From positions 1 through 38,625 of the forward strand of contig JBMFOP010000018.1 in assembly GCA_049969675.1 (NCBI GenBank): DNA of 38,625 nt. Reading direction: 5' to 3'. Made by a program: the position numbers and the translations under genes. The notes under the pieces are model-generated. The model saw only the letters and a program-made list of their open reading frames with translations. It made no database searches and was not told the origin of the DNA. Positions 9,486 to 20,142 of the stretch are shown here, piece by piece. This DNA comes from Myxococcota bacterium (GTDB lineage: Bacteria > Myxococcota > SpSt-1050). Each line of letters begins with the position of its first letter. Position 1 is the first letter of the stretch.

Positions 9486-10804
9486 TCTTTCTCCTTTTCA
9501 TCTCCTCTATAATCTTTGCACAGGAGAGATTGAACCTGAGCTTTGAAGAGGCGATAGATATCGCTCTTAAAAATAATCCACAGATTTTAACAAATGAATA
9601 CCAGAAAGAGATATATGAATATAAAGGGAAAGAGGCATTCTCTGGATTTCTTCCACAATTGAATCTTTTGGCAGTATACAAGAGAACGACGGCAAACTCC
9701 CCCGCTCAGGTAGGTCTTAAGATTCCATCTTCGCTCTCAACAATGACCTCATCCCTCACCGGCAAGAGAGAATCAATGGACTCTTACAACAACTATTCAC
9801 TTGGGCTTTCATTAAATCAACTCATCTACGATTTTAACAGGACCTCCGCCCAATATAATGCAGCCCTGTTCTTAAAAGATGCCGCCAATCAGGATATAAA
9901 ATCCTCATCTGATAATCTGGTCATAAACCTGTATCAGACGGTGCTTAATTATACTCTCTACAAAGAGCTCTATGAAGCGGCTCTTAATACAGAGAAGCAG
10001 ATGGAATCCCATCTAAAGATGGCAAAGGCTCAGGTAATGGCAGGGGTAAGAACAAATATAGATATTTTACGGGCAGAATCAGACCTTTATAATGCACGAC
10101 TAAATACACTCAGGATTAAAAACCAGATTGTCATTTCAAAGCTCAATTTAAAGAATCTACTTGGTATCTTTGACGAGACAGATATTGAAATAAGACCTCC
10201 AGAGAGAAAGGGAGATTTTTCTATACCGGAGGGAGAAAATAATAAATTTATTCAGAACAGGCCCGAATATCTATCCTTAAAACTAAAGATTGACTCTCTA
10301 AGGGCGTCATTAAAGTCTGCAAGATCAGGATATTTCCCCTCTCTCAGTCTAATAGGTGGCTTTACCTACAATGGATATGAACTGGATGGTCTGGTCTATA
10401 ACTGGAATATCGGTGGGCAGTTGAGCTGGAACATCTTCTCTGGTTTTTATACTACTTCATACGATGAGGAGTTGCGTGCCCAGATAAGGATGTATGAGGC
10501 AAATCTGAGCCAGTTAGTTCAATCTCTCTATCTTGAAATAGAGAATTCAAAGATATCATATAAAGAGGCATTAGAGAGAGTTGAGCTCAACAGGGCACTA
10601 CTCAAGACTGCAGAGGAGACATTAAATCTCACAGAGGCAAGATATATGAGCGGACTCGGGACATTTATAGAGGTATCGGATGCCCAGAATATCTATACCA
10701 ATGCAAAAAATTCTCTTATTCAGGCGGAGTACGACCTCTATCTATCCCGCATAAGACTTGAAAAGGCACTTGGTTTATTAAAATACAACAAAAGAGGAGA
10801 TTAA
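9470..10804 (+). CDS. TolC-family outer membrane efflux protein
   Basis: Signal peptide, LSFEEAIDIALKNNP, two OEP repeats, ARYMSGLGTFIEVSDAQ; located in an RND operon. Confidence 0.92.
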   Translation: MSKRIVFLLFISSIIFAQERLNLSFEEAIDIALKNNPQILTNEYQKEIYEYKGKEAFSGFLPQLNLLAVYKRTTANSPAQVGLKIPSSLSTMTSSLTGKRESMDSYNNYSLGLSLNQLIYDFNRTSAQYNAALFLKDAANQDIKSSSDNLVINLYQTVLNYTLYKELYEAALNTEKQMESHLKMAKAQVMAGVRTNIDILRAESDLYNARLNTLRIKNQIVISKLNLKNLLGIFDETDIEIRPPERKGDFSIPEGENNKFIQNRPEYLSLKLKIDSLRASLKSARSGYFPSLSLIGGFTYNGYELDGLVYNWNIGGQLSWNIFSGFYTTSYDEELRAQIRMYEANLSQLVQSLYLEIENSKISYKEALERVELNRALLKTAEETLNLTEARYMSGLGTFIEVSDAQNIYTNAKNSLIQAEYDLYLSRIRLEKALGLLKYNKRGD

Positions 10805-10808
10805 TTTT

Positions 10809-11846
10809 ATGATGAAGATTAGAGGATATATACTATTGACTCCTGCACTGCTACTTTTATTTTACTGCGGGAGTGGAAGGGGAAAACAGGAGAGGCAAAT
10901 ACGACAGAAGTCAGATATCCCTGAAATAACGGCGGAGAGACCGAAGAAGGAGATGATTGAGCTCGTCATTGAATCCACAGGTACATTCTATCCATTTGAG
11001 GAATCAAATGTAGCATTTGAGGTGGATGGAAAGATTGTAGAGATATCAAAGGACCTCGGGGACTTTGTAAAAAAGGGTGAACTGCTTGCGAGAATATCCA
11101 CTGAGGAGTACGCCCTTAAAAAGGCTCAATCTGAGGCAGACCTGAAAAATGCAGAGGCTGAATATAGAAGAATTCAGGAGCTCTACGAAAAGAAGTTTGC
11201 AACCGAACAGCAATTGGATGCGGCAAGACGTAATCTAAATGTGGCAAAGGCTCAGTTTGACCTTGCATCAAAGAAGTTATCAGATTGTTCTCTTAGATCC
11301 CCTATTAGCGGATTTGTTGCAAGAAGAGTGGTGAATGCTGGAGAATATGTCAGAACAGGGTCAACCGCTTTTTATGTTGTCAACACATCAGTCTTGAAAT
11401 TCAATACCGAGATATCGGAGAGATATTCGTCTTATGTAAAGATTAAGGATAGGGTGGTCATACAGACTGCTAACGCCTATGAGATTGAGGGGTATGTGTA
11501 TAGAATATCACCTGCCGTCAATGTAGATTCGCGGGCTTTTATTTTAGAGGTAAAAGTTGAAAACGGCAAGAATTTAATAAAGCCGGGTTCATTTGGAAAG
11601 GCAAAAGTCTTTCCCTCATATAAATATACCGCACTCACAATAAGTGAGGATGCAATCACATATTTCTCCGGAACTCCCAGAGTATTTAAGATAAAGGATT
11701 CAAAGGTGATTGAACAGGTCATCACCATAAAGGAGAGGGTCGGGAAGAGATTGGTTGTTGAATCCGGGTTGAATGAAGATGACCTTATAGCCACATCACT
11801 TGTCAGTGTCCTGACCAACAACCAGAATATAAAGCTCAGGGAATAA
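10809..11846 (+). CDS. RND efflux periplasmic adaptor (membrane fusion protein)
   Basis: Lipoyl half-motifs (VDGKIVEISKDLGDFVKKGELL; LRSPISGFVARRVVNAGEYV) around a coiled-coil hairpin; lipoprotein-like N-terminus. Confidence 0.92.
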   Translation: MMKIRGYILLTPALLLLFYCGSGRGKQERQIRQKSDIPEITAERPKKEMIELVIESTGTFYPFEESNVAFEVDGKIVEISKDLGDFVKKGELLARISTEEYALKKAQSEADLKNAEAEYRRIQELYEKKFATEQQLDAARRNLNVAKAQFDLASKKLSDCSLRSPISGFVARRVVNAGEYVRTGSTAFYVVNTSVLKFNTEISERYSSYVKIKDRVVIQTANAYEIEGYVYRISPAVNVDSRAFILEVKVENGKNLIKPGSFGKAKVFPSYKYTALTISEDAITYFSGTPRVFKIKDSKVIEQVITIKERVGKRLVVESGLNEDDLIATSLVSVLTNNQNIKLRE

Positions 11847-11850
11847 ATAT

Positions 11851-14800
11851 ATGAATGCATTAACATTATTTATCAGAAGACCGGTCCTTGCCACGATGCT
11901 CACTGCACTCTTAATGGTGCTTGGGGCATTCTCTTATATAAGGCTCGGTGTAGATTTGATGCCGAAGATAGAGTTCCCAATAGTCACTGTGACCACTGTC
12001 TGGAAAGGGGCATCGCCAGAGGAGGTTGAGGCTCAGATCACCAAACCGATAGAGGAGGCAGTAAATACTGCATCAGGGATTGACGAGCTCCGTTCAAGTA
12101 GTATGGAAGGTGTCTCACGCGTTGTAATAAGGTTTAAACTTGAGAGGCCAATTGCAGCCGCGGTGCAGGATATTAGAGACAGAGTAGCAACGATAGTTCA
12201 GTACCTTCCACAGGATGCCGAGTACTCTGTCATCAGGGAGGTGGATATAGATTCAAGTCCAATTCTCACCGTCACCGTCTCATCAGATAAAAGAGACCTT
12301 AAAGAACTTTCCGAGATAGCAAGGCTAAAGATAAAGGAATCTCTTGAGAATGTAAGCGGTGTGGGGGCAGTATATCCATCTGGTAATTGGACAAGGGCTA
12401 TAAATATCTTCCTTGATACAGATAAACTGAGGCTTTATAACATACCCATCTCAAAAATAAAGACAGCGATTTCTACACAGAATATTGAGATCCCGTCCGG
12501 CAGGATTGATAGGGGAGATAGTGAATTTGTCCTCAGGACCATGGCGCGCATTGATAATATTGATGAACTCAAACAAGTAATTATTCAGAAAATTAAGGAC
12601 AGACAGATTACACTTGGTGATGTCGCCACCATTGAGGACTCTGTGGAAGAGCCGAGGACACTCTCAAGGATCTGGGATAAGAAGAGTGGTGAATCAAGAC
12701 TCTCCGTTGCACTTCAGGTAGTAAAACAGTCCGGAACAAATACTGTGGAGGTGGTAGATAATGTAAAGAAGAGAATAAACGAGATAAGGCCAACACTGCC
12801 AGAAGATATCAGACTGGAGGTAGTGGGCGACCAATCCGTCTTTATAAAGAGGTCACTTGCAGAGTTAAATCTACACCTTATTCTGGGTGCCATTCTCGCC
12901 TCATTGATGGTCCTGTTTTTTATGAGAAATTTGAGGGCTACCATCATTGCATCTATTGCTATTCCCACCTCCATTATTGCAACATTTACATTTATGAAAA
13001 TGATGAATTTCACACTAAATAATATGACACTTCTTGGGCTGACTCTTGCTGTGGGAATCGTGATAGATGATGCTATAGTTGTACTTGAAAATATTTACAG
13101 GCATATGGAGGAGTACGGAAAATCAGCCTTTCAAGCCGCACAGGATGGGCTCAAAGAGATAGGACTTGCGGTCATAGCCACCACCACCTCTCTCGTGGTA
13201 ATCTTTCTTCCAGTGGCATTTATGGAGGGTATGGTAGGTAGATTTTTTAATGAGTTTGGGTTGACCACCGCTGTTGCGATAGCAGTCTCACTGATCATCT
13301 CACTTACACTTACACCGATGTTATCATCCATCTTTCTGAGAAAAAAGAAAGGCGGTGAACTCTCAAAGGAAAACAAGATCTATCATGCAATAGAAGTATC
13401 CTATAAATACATCGTTGAATGGGGTCTCAAACATCCAATAGTCGCCATAATTATATCGGTATTTGTCTTTTTATCTACATTCCCAATACTTTCTGCACTT
13501 GGTAAGGACTTTTTGCCGATGGATGACAGAGGGGAATTCCTTGTAAATATAACTGTAAAGGGCGGTTCAACCCTCAGTACAACAGATTCTATTTTTAAGA
13601 AGGTTGAAAAAGAGATTCAGCAAATGGACGGAGTAATTCTCACTCTCACACAGATAGGCTCAACCGGGCTCGGTTCTGAGGATGTAACGCAGGGCTCTAT
13701 CTATGTACAGATGGTAGATTTGAAGGAGCGAAACTACTCTCAGATGGATGTAATGCGAAAGGTTAGAGGTCTGCTCAAAAAGTATCCAGAGCTCAGGACA
13801 AATGTTTCAGAATCTGGTGGGATGACTGGTACGAAGGCCGGCTATACATTTAGTTATGAATTTACTGGACCTGATTTGAAAAATCTTATGAAATACTCCG
13901 ATATAATAGTCGCCAGACTCAGGGAAGATCCAGGATTTGTGGATATAGATACATCTCTCTCATCAAGACAACCAGAGGTAAGAGTTCACATTGATAGGCA
14001 GAGGGCTATGGACCTTGGGGTTACGCCATATGATCTTGCATTAACCCTCAGAACACTTGTGGCAGGTGATAAGATTTCAAAATACAGGGAGGGAGTTGAG
14101 CAGTATGATATATGGTTAAGACTCAATAGAGAATGGCGGGATAATATAGATAAAATCCTGAATATCCCTGTAATATCCCAGAAGGCTGGACTTATACCGA
14201 TTTCATATTTTGTAAGGGTAAGCGAAGGAGATGCCCCAACAGAGATCAAAAGATTCAACAGACAGAGACTTGTCTCAATAAATGCAAATCTTGAAGGGAT
14301 AGACCTGAATACGGCTATTAATAAATTTGAGGAAATCAAAAAATCCCTGAATCTGCCTGCTGGATATACCGGACAACCTTCAGGGAAAGGACGATTCTTT
14401 GGTGAGACCATCTCCAACTTTTTGATGGCTTTTGTGATGGCTTTTATATTTATGTATATAGTGCTGGCGGCACAATTTGAGAGTTTCTTACATCCATTCA
14501 TAATACTTCTCTCGCTCCCGCTCACTCTACCATTTGCATTTCTTTCTCTATTGATGCTGAGAGAGTACCTCAATCTATACAGTATCCTCGGTGTATTTAT
14601 GCTCTTTGGGATTGTAAAGAAGAATGGGATATTGCAGGTAGATTACACAAACACACTGCGTTCACAGGGTAAATCTCTTGTAGATGCAATTATAGAGGCA
14701 AATCTCGCAAGACTCAGGCCTATCCTTATGACTACTTTCACCCTGATTGCAGGTATGATCCCTATTGCCCTCGGCACAGGTCCTGGTGCAGCAGCGAGGG

Positions 14801-14928
14801 CATCGCTTGCCAAGGTGATTATTGGTGGTCAGGCTCTATCACTTGTAATAACACTTCTAATCGTCCCGGTCAGTTACTATCTGATAGAACGATTCAAAGA
14901 GCGCCGTGCAAAAGAGATCAGCATTTAA
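11851..14928 (+). CDS. RND efflux permease (AcrB/AcrD/AcrF, HAE1 family)
   Basis: 1025 aa; FIRRPV N-terminus, GIVIDDAIVVLEN proton-relay motif, GIVKKNGIL, RLRPILMTT. Confidence 0.95.
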   Translation: MNALTLFIRRPVLATMLTALLMVLGAFSYIRLGVDLMPKIEFPIVTVTTVWKGASPEEVEAQITKPIEEAVNTASGIDELRSSSMEGVSRVVIRFKLERPIAAAVQDIRDRVATIVQYLPQDAEYSVIREVDIDSSPILTVTVSSDKRDLKELSEIARLKIKESLENVSGVGAVYPSGNWTRAINIFLDTDKLRLYNIPISKIKTAISTQNIEIPSGRIDRGDSEFVLRTMARIDNIDELKQVIIQKIKDRQITLGDVATIEDSVEEPRTLSRIWDKKSGESRLSVALQVVKQSGTNTVEVVDNVKKRINEIRPTLPEDIRLEVVGDQSVFIKRSLAELNLHLILGAILASLMVLFFMRNLRATIIASIAIPTSIIATFTFMKMMNFTLNNMTLLGLTLAVGIVIDDAIVVLENIYRHMEEYGKSAFQAAQDGLKEIGLAVIATTTSLVVIFLPVAFMEGMVGRFFNEFGLTTAVAIAVSLIISLTLTPMLSSIFLRKKKGGELSKENKIYHAIEVSYKYIVEWGLKHPIVAIIISVFVFLSTFPILSALGKDFLPMDDRGEFLVNITVKGGSTLSTTDSIFKKVEKEIQQMDGVILTLTQIGSTGLGSEDVTQGSIYVQMVDLKERNYSQMDVMRKVRGLLKKYPELRTNVSESGGMTGTKAGYTFSYEFTGPDLKNLMKYSDIIVARLREDPGFVDIDTSLSSRQPEVRVHIDRQRAMDLGVTPYDLALTLRTLVAGDKISKYREGVEQYDIWLRLNREWRDNIDKILNIPVISQKAGLIPISYFVRVSEGDAPTEIKRFNRQRLVSINANLEGIDLNTAINKFEEIKKSLNLPAGYTGQPSGKGRFFGETISNFLMAFVMAFIFMYIVLAAQFESFLHPFIILLSLPLTLPFAFLSLLMLREYLNLYSILGVFMLFGIVKKNGILQVDYTNTLRSQGKSLVDAIIEANLARLRPILMTTFTLIAGMIPIALGTGPGAAARASLAKVIIGGQALSLVITLLIVPVSYYLIERFKERRAKEISI

Positions 14929-15027
14929 TTGAGAGAGAAATTAGTCCACCACCAATAATAGTATCATTATCTCTGGACAAATCTATGTTTGGAGTAAGCA
15001 AATTCTACAGATATGTTCATTTTTTAA

Positions 15028-15799
15028 CCTAAAATCCCGTCATTTTATAGTTATGTTTCTAACTCATCATAAACAAAAAGGTCAATCAATAACTATTTAA
15101 TCTAAATTCTCCTTATTTTATAAAAACTTAGAATGAAAATACACAAATATTTTATTTTTTTATTGACCTGTTGTCATAAATAACTATAGTTATGTCACCT
15201 GTTGTTAAATTGACAAAAAATGGACGAGTTTATCTCTATGATTCAAAAAGTTTCTGGGATAAAGAAAAAAAAGCAACCAAGAACTAAAATGGTATATCTT
15301 GGGAAGGAAGATGCTACGACAGGAAAAATTATTCCACCCGCAAAAGATCGTCCTGTAAAGATTATGGAATATTTTACTTTCTTAACGAAATATCAAAAAA
15401 GATAGGATTAAAGGAAATAATAAAAGAAGTATTTATAAATGATTGGGAGAAGATTCTTACCTGTGCCTTTTTTGAAATTGCAGAGGCAAGACCTCTTTAC
15501 CTTTGTAATGCCTGGTTGGAAAATACATATAACCCTTTTATACAGACACTCCCTTCCCAGAGGATAAGCGAGGTCTTAAAGGAATTAGGAGAGGATGTAA
15601 ATAATAGGCTGAAATTTTTAAGGGTATGGGCACAAAAGAGGAGAGACAATAAATTTATCATTTTTGATATTACTTCAATTTCATCGTATTCAGGACTAAT
15701 TGAATCAGTAGAATGGGGATATAATAGGGATGGGGAGAATCTTCTATACTTCGCCCCATGGGGAGTGGACATAAAACTATAAAATAGCAGGATTTTGGG
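15028..15799 (+). mobile_element. Internally deleted IS1634-family (IS4-like DDE) insertion sequence
   Basis: Imperfect ~30-bp terminal inverted repeats: CCTAAAATCCCGTCATTTTATAGTTATG (left) versus reverse complement CCCAAAATCCTGCTATTTTATAGTTTTATG (right); TAA on both flanks; encloses a broken transposase. Confidence 0.8.
15192..15782 (+). pseudogene. Frameshifted, truncated IS1634-family transposase
   Basis: Reading across frames: MSPVVKLTKNGRVYLYDSKSFWDKEKK/QPRTKMVYLGKED…/DYGIFYFLNEISKKIGLKEIIKEVF…W…PSQRISEVL…IFDITSISSYS…VEWGYNRDGENL; truncated just after the first catalytic Asp. Confidence 0.85.
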
Positions 15800-15838
15800 T
15801 AACTGATTCAGTCTGTAAAATTGATAAATTGAGATTCA

Positions 15839-15871
15839 TTTAGGCGAAATGGCGGAGCAAAGCTAAGCCTT
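15839..15871 (-). repeat. Copy of dispersed hairpin repeat, module 1
   Basis: Reverse complement AAGGCTTAGCTTTGCTCCGCCATTTCGCCTAAA is 29/33 identical to 8742-8774. Confidence 0.75.
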
Positions 15872-15910
15872 ATTGGTCACTCCACAATTGGGTGCATAAG
15901 TCCTCATACA

Positions 15911-17956
15911 TTACTCCTCCCATTTCAATATTTCAATTAACTCCTTTGCAGGGTAGCTGCAGGGGGCATTTATATCGGAGAGTGTATATAAAAAGTCCCT
16001 CACATCAACTATAAGTTTATAGAGGTCTCCTTCCTCCACATTGAAGCGGGACGCAACAGTTGATATTACTTCAAAGTTGACTTTTTTGTAGTTATTAGCG
16101 ATATTCTCGCCGATTCTCTCCATAAATGCGCTATAGCTGAACTCCTCGTCCCTGAGTCCAAATCGGGATTCGTAATATCTACAGTATTCATATACCTCAA
16201 GAAGCGACTTCCCATATCTTCCACGACTCTTTGTTACAAGTCTCCCCTGCGCAAATCTACCGAAAAGGATTGCAAGCAGGATAGGTGAATCTCTGTCAAA
16301 TACACCGCTGATTAATGCAGTTGCAAGTTGCAGAAAATTCGTATCTCTCCTGATATTTGATGCAAGCTCACCTGATGGTGTCAGGATGAACCTCTCCTGG
16401 AGCGATTTAATGTAGTTTATCTCTTTTAAGACCAATATCCGCCTGTTGAGAACATCCTCAACATAGTTTAAGGTATTGAGCTCCTGTTTGAGTCTATGTA
16501 TATGTTTTCTGATAGACTTCCCTTTCTTCTCATAACCTCGCTCAAAAAATTCTATATCCTTTTTTATATCCTCAATCCTCTTCTTGTTTGTAAAGTAGTA
16601 AAATGAATTTCCAATCAGCCCTTTCATCTCCTCCACAGAATATAGACGCATCAGATTCAGTATGAGCATATATGAGGGCTGGAATTGACTGACAATAAAA
16701 TCCGAAGGTGAGTATAAATCCTCAAGGAGTCGTTCATCGGTTAAAAGGACAAGCCCAACCTTATCCTTCCCCCTTCTACCAGCCCTTCCGGCAATCTGTT
16801 TCACTTCGTTGGTGGTGAGCCTGACCCAGCCATTATCAGAAGGCCTCTGAGAGGTGGAGATGAAGACAGTCCTTGCTGGGAAATCTATTCCAGCAGATAA
16901 CGTAGTCGTAGCACATACAACCCGTAGTTTCCCCTCTCTCATAAGGTCCTCAATAAGCCTTCGCCACTGAGGAGACCTCCCGGCGTGATGTTGCACAAAG
17001 CCCGATGCAAGATATCGCTTCTCCTCCTCGGTGAGGGTGAATCTCTCCTCTGAATTCCCCATTGAATTCTCAATCTCATCAGGGGAGATTATTGGAGATA
17101 GTCTGGATGAGACAAATCTCACCACATCTTCACAGAGCCTTCTTGTAGGTATATAAAAGATGGCTGGAAGCAGATTCTTTGACTCAAGTCTTTTTACCAG
17201 AGCGACGTAGCTATTCAGGTTTTTGTAGTCAAATGGCATAAGCATTGGATTCCTCTGCCACATCGGGTATGTAAATAGCAGCCCTCTTGTATCTACGAGT
17301 GCGGACTTGAGGGCGACAGGCCTCTTCTCCTCATCCTGAATTACAATATCGCAACCACCTCTGATATGCCCAATCCATTCTCTGATTTTATCTGGATTTC
17401 CTATCGTTGCGGATAGAAAGAGCATCTGTGTATGCTGCGGTGTGAGAATGATGATCTCCTCCCAGACCTTCCCACGAGACGGGTCATTCATAAAATGCAG
17501 TTCATCTACTACTACAAAGTCTGGGGAAAAGCCCTTCTGAGATATAATCAGATTTCTGTAGCTCTCTGTTGTGGCAATTACAAATCTTGCATTGATATTC
17601 TCTCTTATATCTCCTGTTATTATGCCTACATTTGCCTTTCCAAAGATAGCACAGAACTGATGATATTTATCATTTGAGAGGGCCCTCATTGGAGTGGTGT
17701 ACCAGATTGAACGAGTCTCGGATTCACTGAATATCTTCTTAATATACGATTCGGCGATGAAGGTCTTCCCTGAGCCTGTCGGTGCAACAACGAGCAGATT
17801 CTTTACCTTTGAATTGAGTCTTTCAATTGCATCTTTTTGAAAATCATCAAGGAGAAATTCACCCTTCTCTGGCACCCCTATAGATGTAAGGATTTCATCC
17901 AGACTCTCATCCTGTGGTGGTAAATCTACTCTCTTTTTAAACCTTCTTATAGCCAT
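15911..17956 (-). CDS. Ski2/HelY-like DExH-box SF2 helicase
   Basis: Q motif DDFQ, APTGSGKT, TTPMRALSNDK, DELH, LSAT, HHAG, TTTLSAGIDFPARTV, QIAGRAGRRGKD. Confidence 0.93.
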   Translation of the reverse strand: MAIRRFKKRVDLPPQDESLDEILTSIGVPEKGEFLLDDFQKDAIERLNSKVKNLLVVAPTGSGKTFIAESYIKKIFSESETRSIWYTTPMRALSNDKYHQFCAIFGKANVGIITGDIRENINARFVIATTESYRNLIISQKGFSPDFVVVDELHFMNDPSRGKVWEEIIILTPQHTQMLFLSATIGNPDKIREWIGHIRGGCDIVIQDEEKRPVALKSALVDTRGLLFTYPMWQRNPMLMPFDYKNLNSYVALVKRLESKNLLPAIFYIPTRRLCEDVVRFVSSRLSPIISPDEIENSMGNSEERFTLTEEEKRYLASGFVQHHAGRSPQWRRLIEDLMREGKLRVVCATTTLSAGIDFPARTVFISTSQRPSDNGWVRLTTNEVKQIAGRAGRRGKDKVGLVLLTDERLLEDLYSPSDFIVSQFQPSYMLILNLMRLYSVEEMKGLIGNSFYYFTNKKRIEDIKKDIEFFERGYEKKGKSIRKHIHRLKQELNTLNYVEDVLNRRILVLKEINYIKSLQERFILTPSGELASNIRRDTNFLQLATALISGVFDRDSPILLAILFGRFAQGRLVTKSRGRYGKSLLEVYEYCRYYESRFGLRDEEFSYSAFMERIGENIANNYKKVNFEVISTVASRFNVEEGDLYKLIVDVRDFLYTLSDINAPCSYPAKELIEILKWEE

Positions 17957-18613
17957 AAAATAAGGACATTTCGGACATATCCAGATTTTTAATTAAAAAC
18001 TCACCTTATATGAGCCTCACAATGAAAATCTCACTGGATATAATTGTTTATACCTATTCTTAGCCCCCTCTACAAAAGAGGCACCCAATAAATAAGATTA
18101 ACAGCATTTTTGGATAAATTCTACAACTTTTTTATGAACATTATTTTTATAATTCACCATATCTGTCAAAAGTAATTTTTAGCGGACTACTCAAAAATAT
18201 TGAATACTTAAGGAGCGGCTTTATATGAATACAAATCGCAGTAGTTTTATACAAATTCTAAAAGCATTTTTTAAGAATATGTCTTTTACTGAAGGTTATT
18301 TAAATTGGAGAGCATTTCAATTGGTAATGAGGAGAAGGGGATAACCAGATTTTGAAAATGTGAATCTATCCACCCAGAGTCCCTATTTTACTAATCCTTA
18401 ATTTATCAGTGAAGATTATTCTGGATAGCCATGTTAACGAAAGCATATAATTTCAGAAATTTTCCTCTGAAGATAGTGTATTTCAGTCAAACGTATTGTA
18501 GTTGATAAATATTGTAATGTATATTAATTTGCTTTAAAATAAATGCAAAAAAATATATTTACAAATATGATATTGTGTAGTATATATCCTTCGTTAAAAG
18601 CGAGGAGCCTTCA

Positions 18614-18817
18614 ATGATAGAGAATAGAGATGATGAGAAGTATGTGCGTGCCTCCCTCAAGATAGCCCTTAGATTAAAGAAGGAGCCAGATCTTGAGCTT
18701 GATGCCTTAATTGAAGAAGAGGCGAGAAAGAACTCATTGGACAGACATAAACTGGCGAGATATTTTGCCCAGAATCAGCAGGTCTGGATGGGTTCAAATA
18801 GATATAAGGAAAAATAG
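18614..18817 (+). CDS. Small hypothetical helical protein (67 aa)
   Basis: GAGGAG RBS, host-like codon usage, 12 nt upstream of the larA-like gene. Confidence 0.6.
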   Translation: MIENRDDEKYVRASLKIALRLKKEPDLELDALIEEEARKNSLDRHKLARYFAQNQQVWMGSNRYKEK

Positions 18818-18829
18818 AGAATAGTTTGA

Positions 18830-20080
18830 TTGGAATCTGAGAACCTGATAAGGAAGTTTGCAAAATCCTTCACCTCTTTGAATCTCCCCTCCTATAAGCA
18901 GGTGAAAAAGGGAGAGATTCTAAATGCTGTTGATAACTCCTTAAATAGATTTTTGAAAATCAATAGTGGTGCAAAGAGAGTTACATTATGTATAACAGAT
19001 GGAACAAGGGCATTTCCGGAGAGGGAGTTCCTGCCATTTATTCTCAAATCATTATTCAAAAATGGAATTCCTCTGGAGGGGGTAAGGATATTGGTTGCAA
19101 CAGGGCTGCATAGACATTTAAGGGCAGAAGAGCTAAAAAGTAGATTAGGTGTAGATATAGTTAGAAAATATAAAATATTTCAGAATGACCCTTATGATGG
19201 TGTAAGAGTGAGAGGTGAGAAGGAACTTTTTGTAAACAGGTTGCTTCTTGATTCTGATATTATCATTGGAACTGGAATATTTGAACCACATCAATATGCA
19301 GGATTTTCTGGAGGGGATAAAATATTTATAATCGGCTGTGGAGGTAAGAGGACTATAGATTATACACACTCTCACAGAATGATTTTGAAAAAGGGGGTAA
19401 AGATAGGAAATGTAAAGGGAAATCCTTTCAGAGGATATATTGAGAGGGCAGCAAGGCTACTCCCGCCCAGATGGGTATTAAATATTGTAAAGGATCCAAC
19501 GGGGAGAATTATCTCCTTTGATTGTGGAGAGCCATCAAGGGTATTTGAGCGTCTATATATCTGGTACAGAGAGAATCTCTCTATTGAATTTTGTAAGAGA
19601 TTTGATGCGGCGTTTGTGGTGATTAATAAATCAAAGGGAATAAATCTATATCAGGCATCACGCGGTGCAACATATCTTGCACTCTCTGAATCTCCTGTAA
19701 TTAAAAGAGGTGCCCCGATAATTCTCTGCGCAGGGCTCGAGGAGGGGTTTGGAGGAGGTGCTTCAGAGGAGGAATTTTTCAGAATTTTATCTATGAAAGA
19801 GAGTAATAAATTGCTTCTTAAAAGGTTGAAATTGGTGGGAAATAGCGGTGGTGGGCAGAGGGCATTGATGTTATTGATGACGCTCCTGCGGCATAGGGTA
19901 ATTGTGACGGGGTATAATAAAAAGATTGATTTTCATAGGGAAAATCTCCTCTTTATCCCATCTATAGAGGAGGCAATAAGGAGTATATACTCTGAATTCA
20001 GGATAGAAGAACTCCTCTTTGTGAGAGACCCGTTTTTTGGGCTACCCCGATTTTCAGAGGGGGGAAAGTATGGAAAATAA
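18830..20080 (+). CDS. LarA-family (lactate racemase / alpha-hydroxy-acid epimerase domain) protein
   Basis: ITDGTR, VATGLHR, FEPHQYAGFSGGDK, YTHS, INLYQA motifs of the LarA superfamily. Confidence 0.85.
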   Translation: MESENLIRKFAKSFTSLNLPSYKQVKKGEILNAVDNSLNRFLKINSGAKRVTLCITDGTRAFPEREFLPFILKSLFKNGIPLEGVRILVATGLHRHLRAEELKSRLGVDIVRKYKIFQNDPYDGVRVRGEKELFVNRLLLDSDIIIGTGIFEPHQYAGFSGGDKIFIIGCGGKRTIDYTHSHRMILKKGVKIGNVKGNPFRGYIERAARLLPPRWVLNIVKDPTGRIISFDCGEPSRVFERLYIWYRENLSIEFCKRFDAAFVVINKSKGINLYQASRGATYLALSESPVIKRGAPIILCAGLEEGFGGGASEEEFFRILSMKESNKLLLKRLKLVGNSGGGQRALMLLMTLLRHRVIVTGYNKKIDFHRENLLFIPSIEEAIRSIYSEFRIEELLFVRDPFFGLPRFSEGGKYGK

Positions 20081-20089
20081 AAATTTTTG

Positions 20090-20118
20090 TTGCATTTTCA
20101 CTCTGATATATGTATATT
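20090..20118 (+). promoter_or_regulatory. Putative sigma70 promoter of the SWIB gene
   Basis: TTGCAT-17 nt-TATATT with extended -10 TG; AAGGAGG RBS downstream. Confidence 0.5.
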
Positions 20119-20142
20119 AACCTTTAACAAAGGAGGGCAAAG

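Noticed and set aside
15911..17956. Helicase as an anti-phage defence component (Hachiman HamB-like)
   Set aside because: Motifs fit stand-alone HelY/Ski2-type helicases and no partner nuclease gene is adjacent
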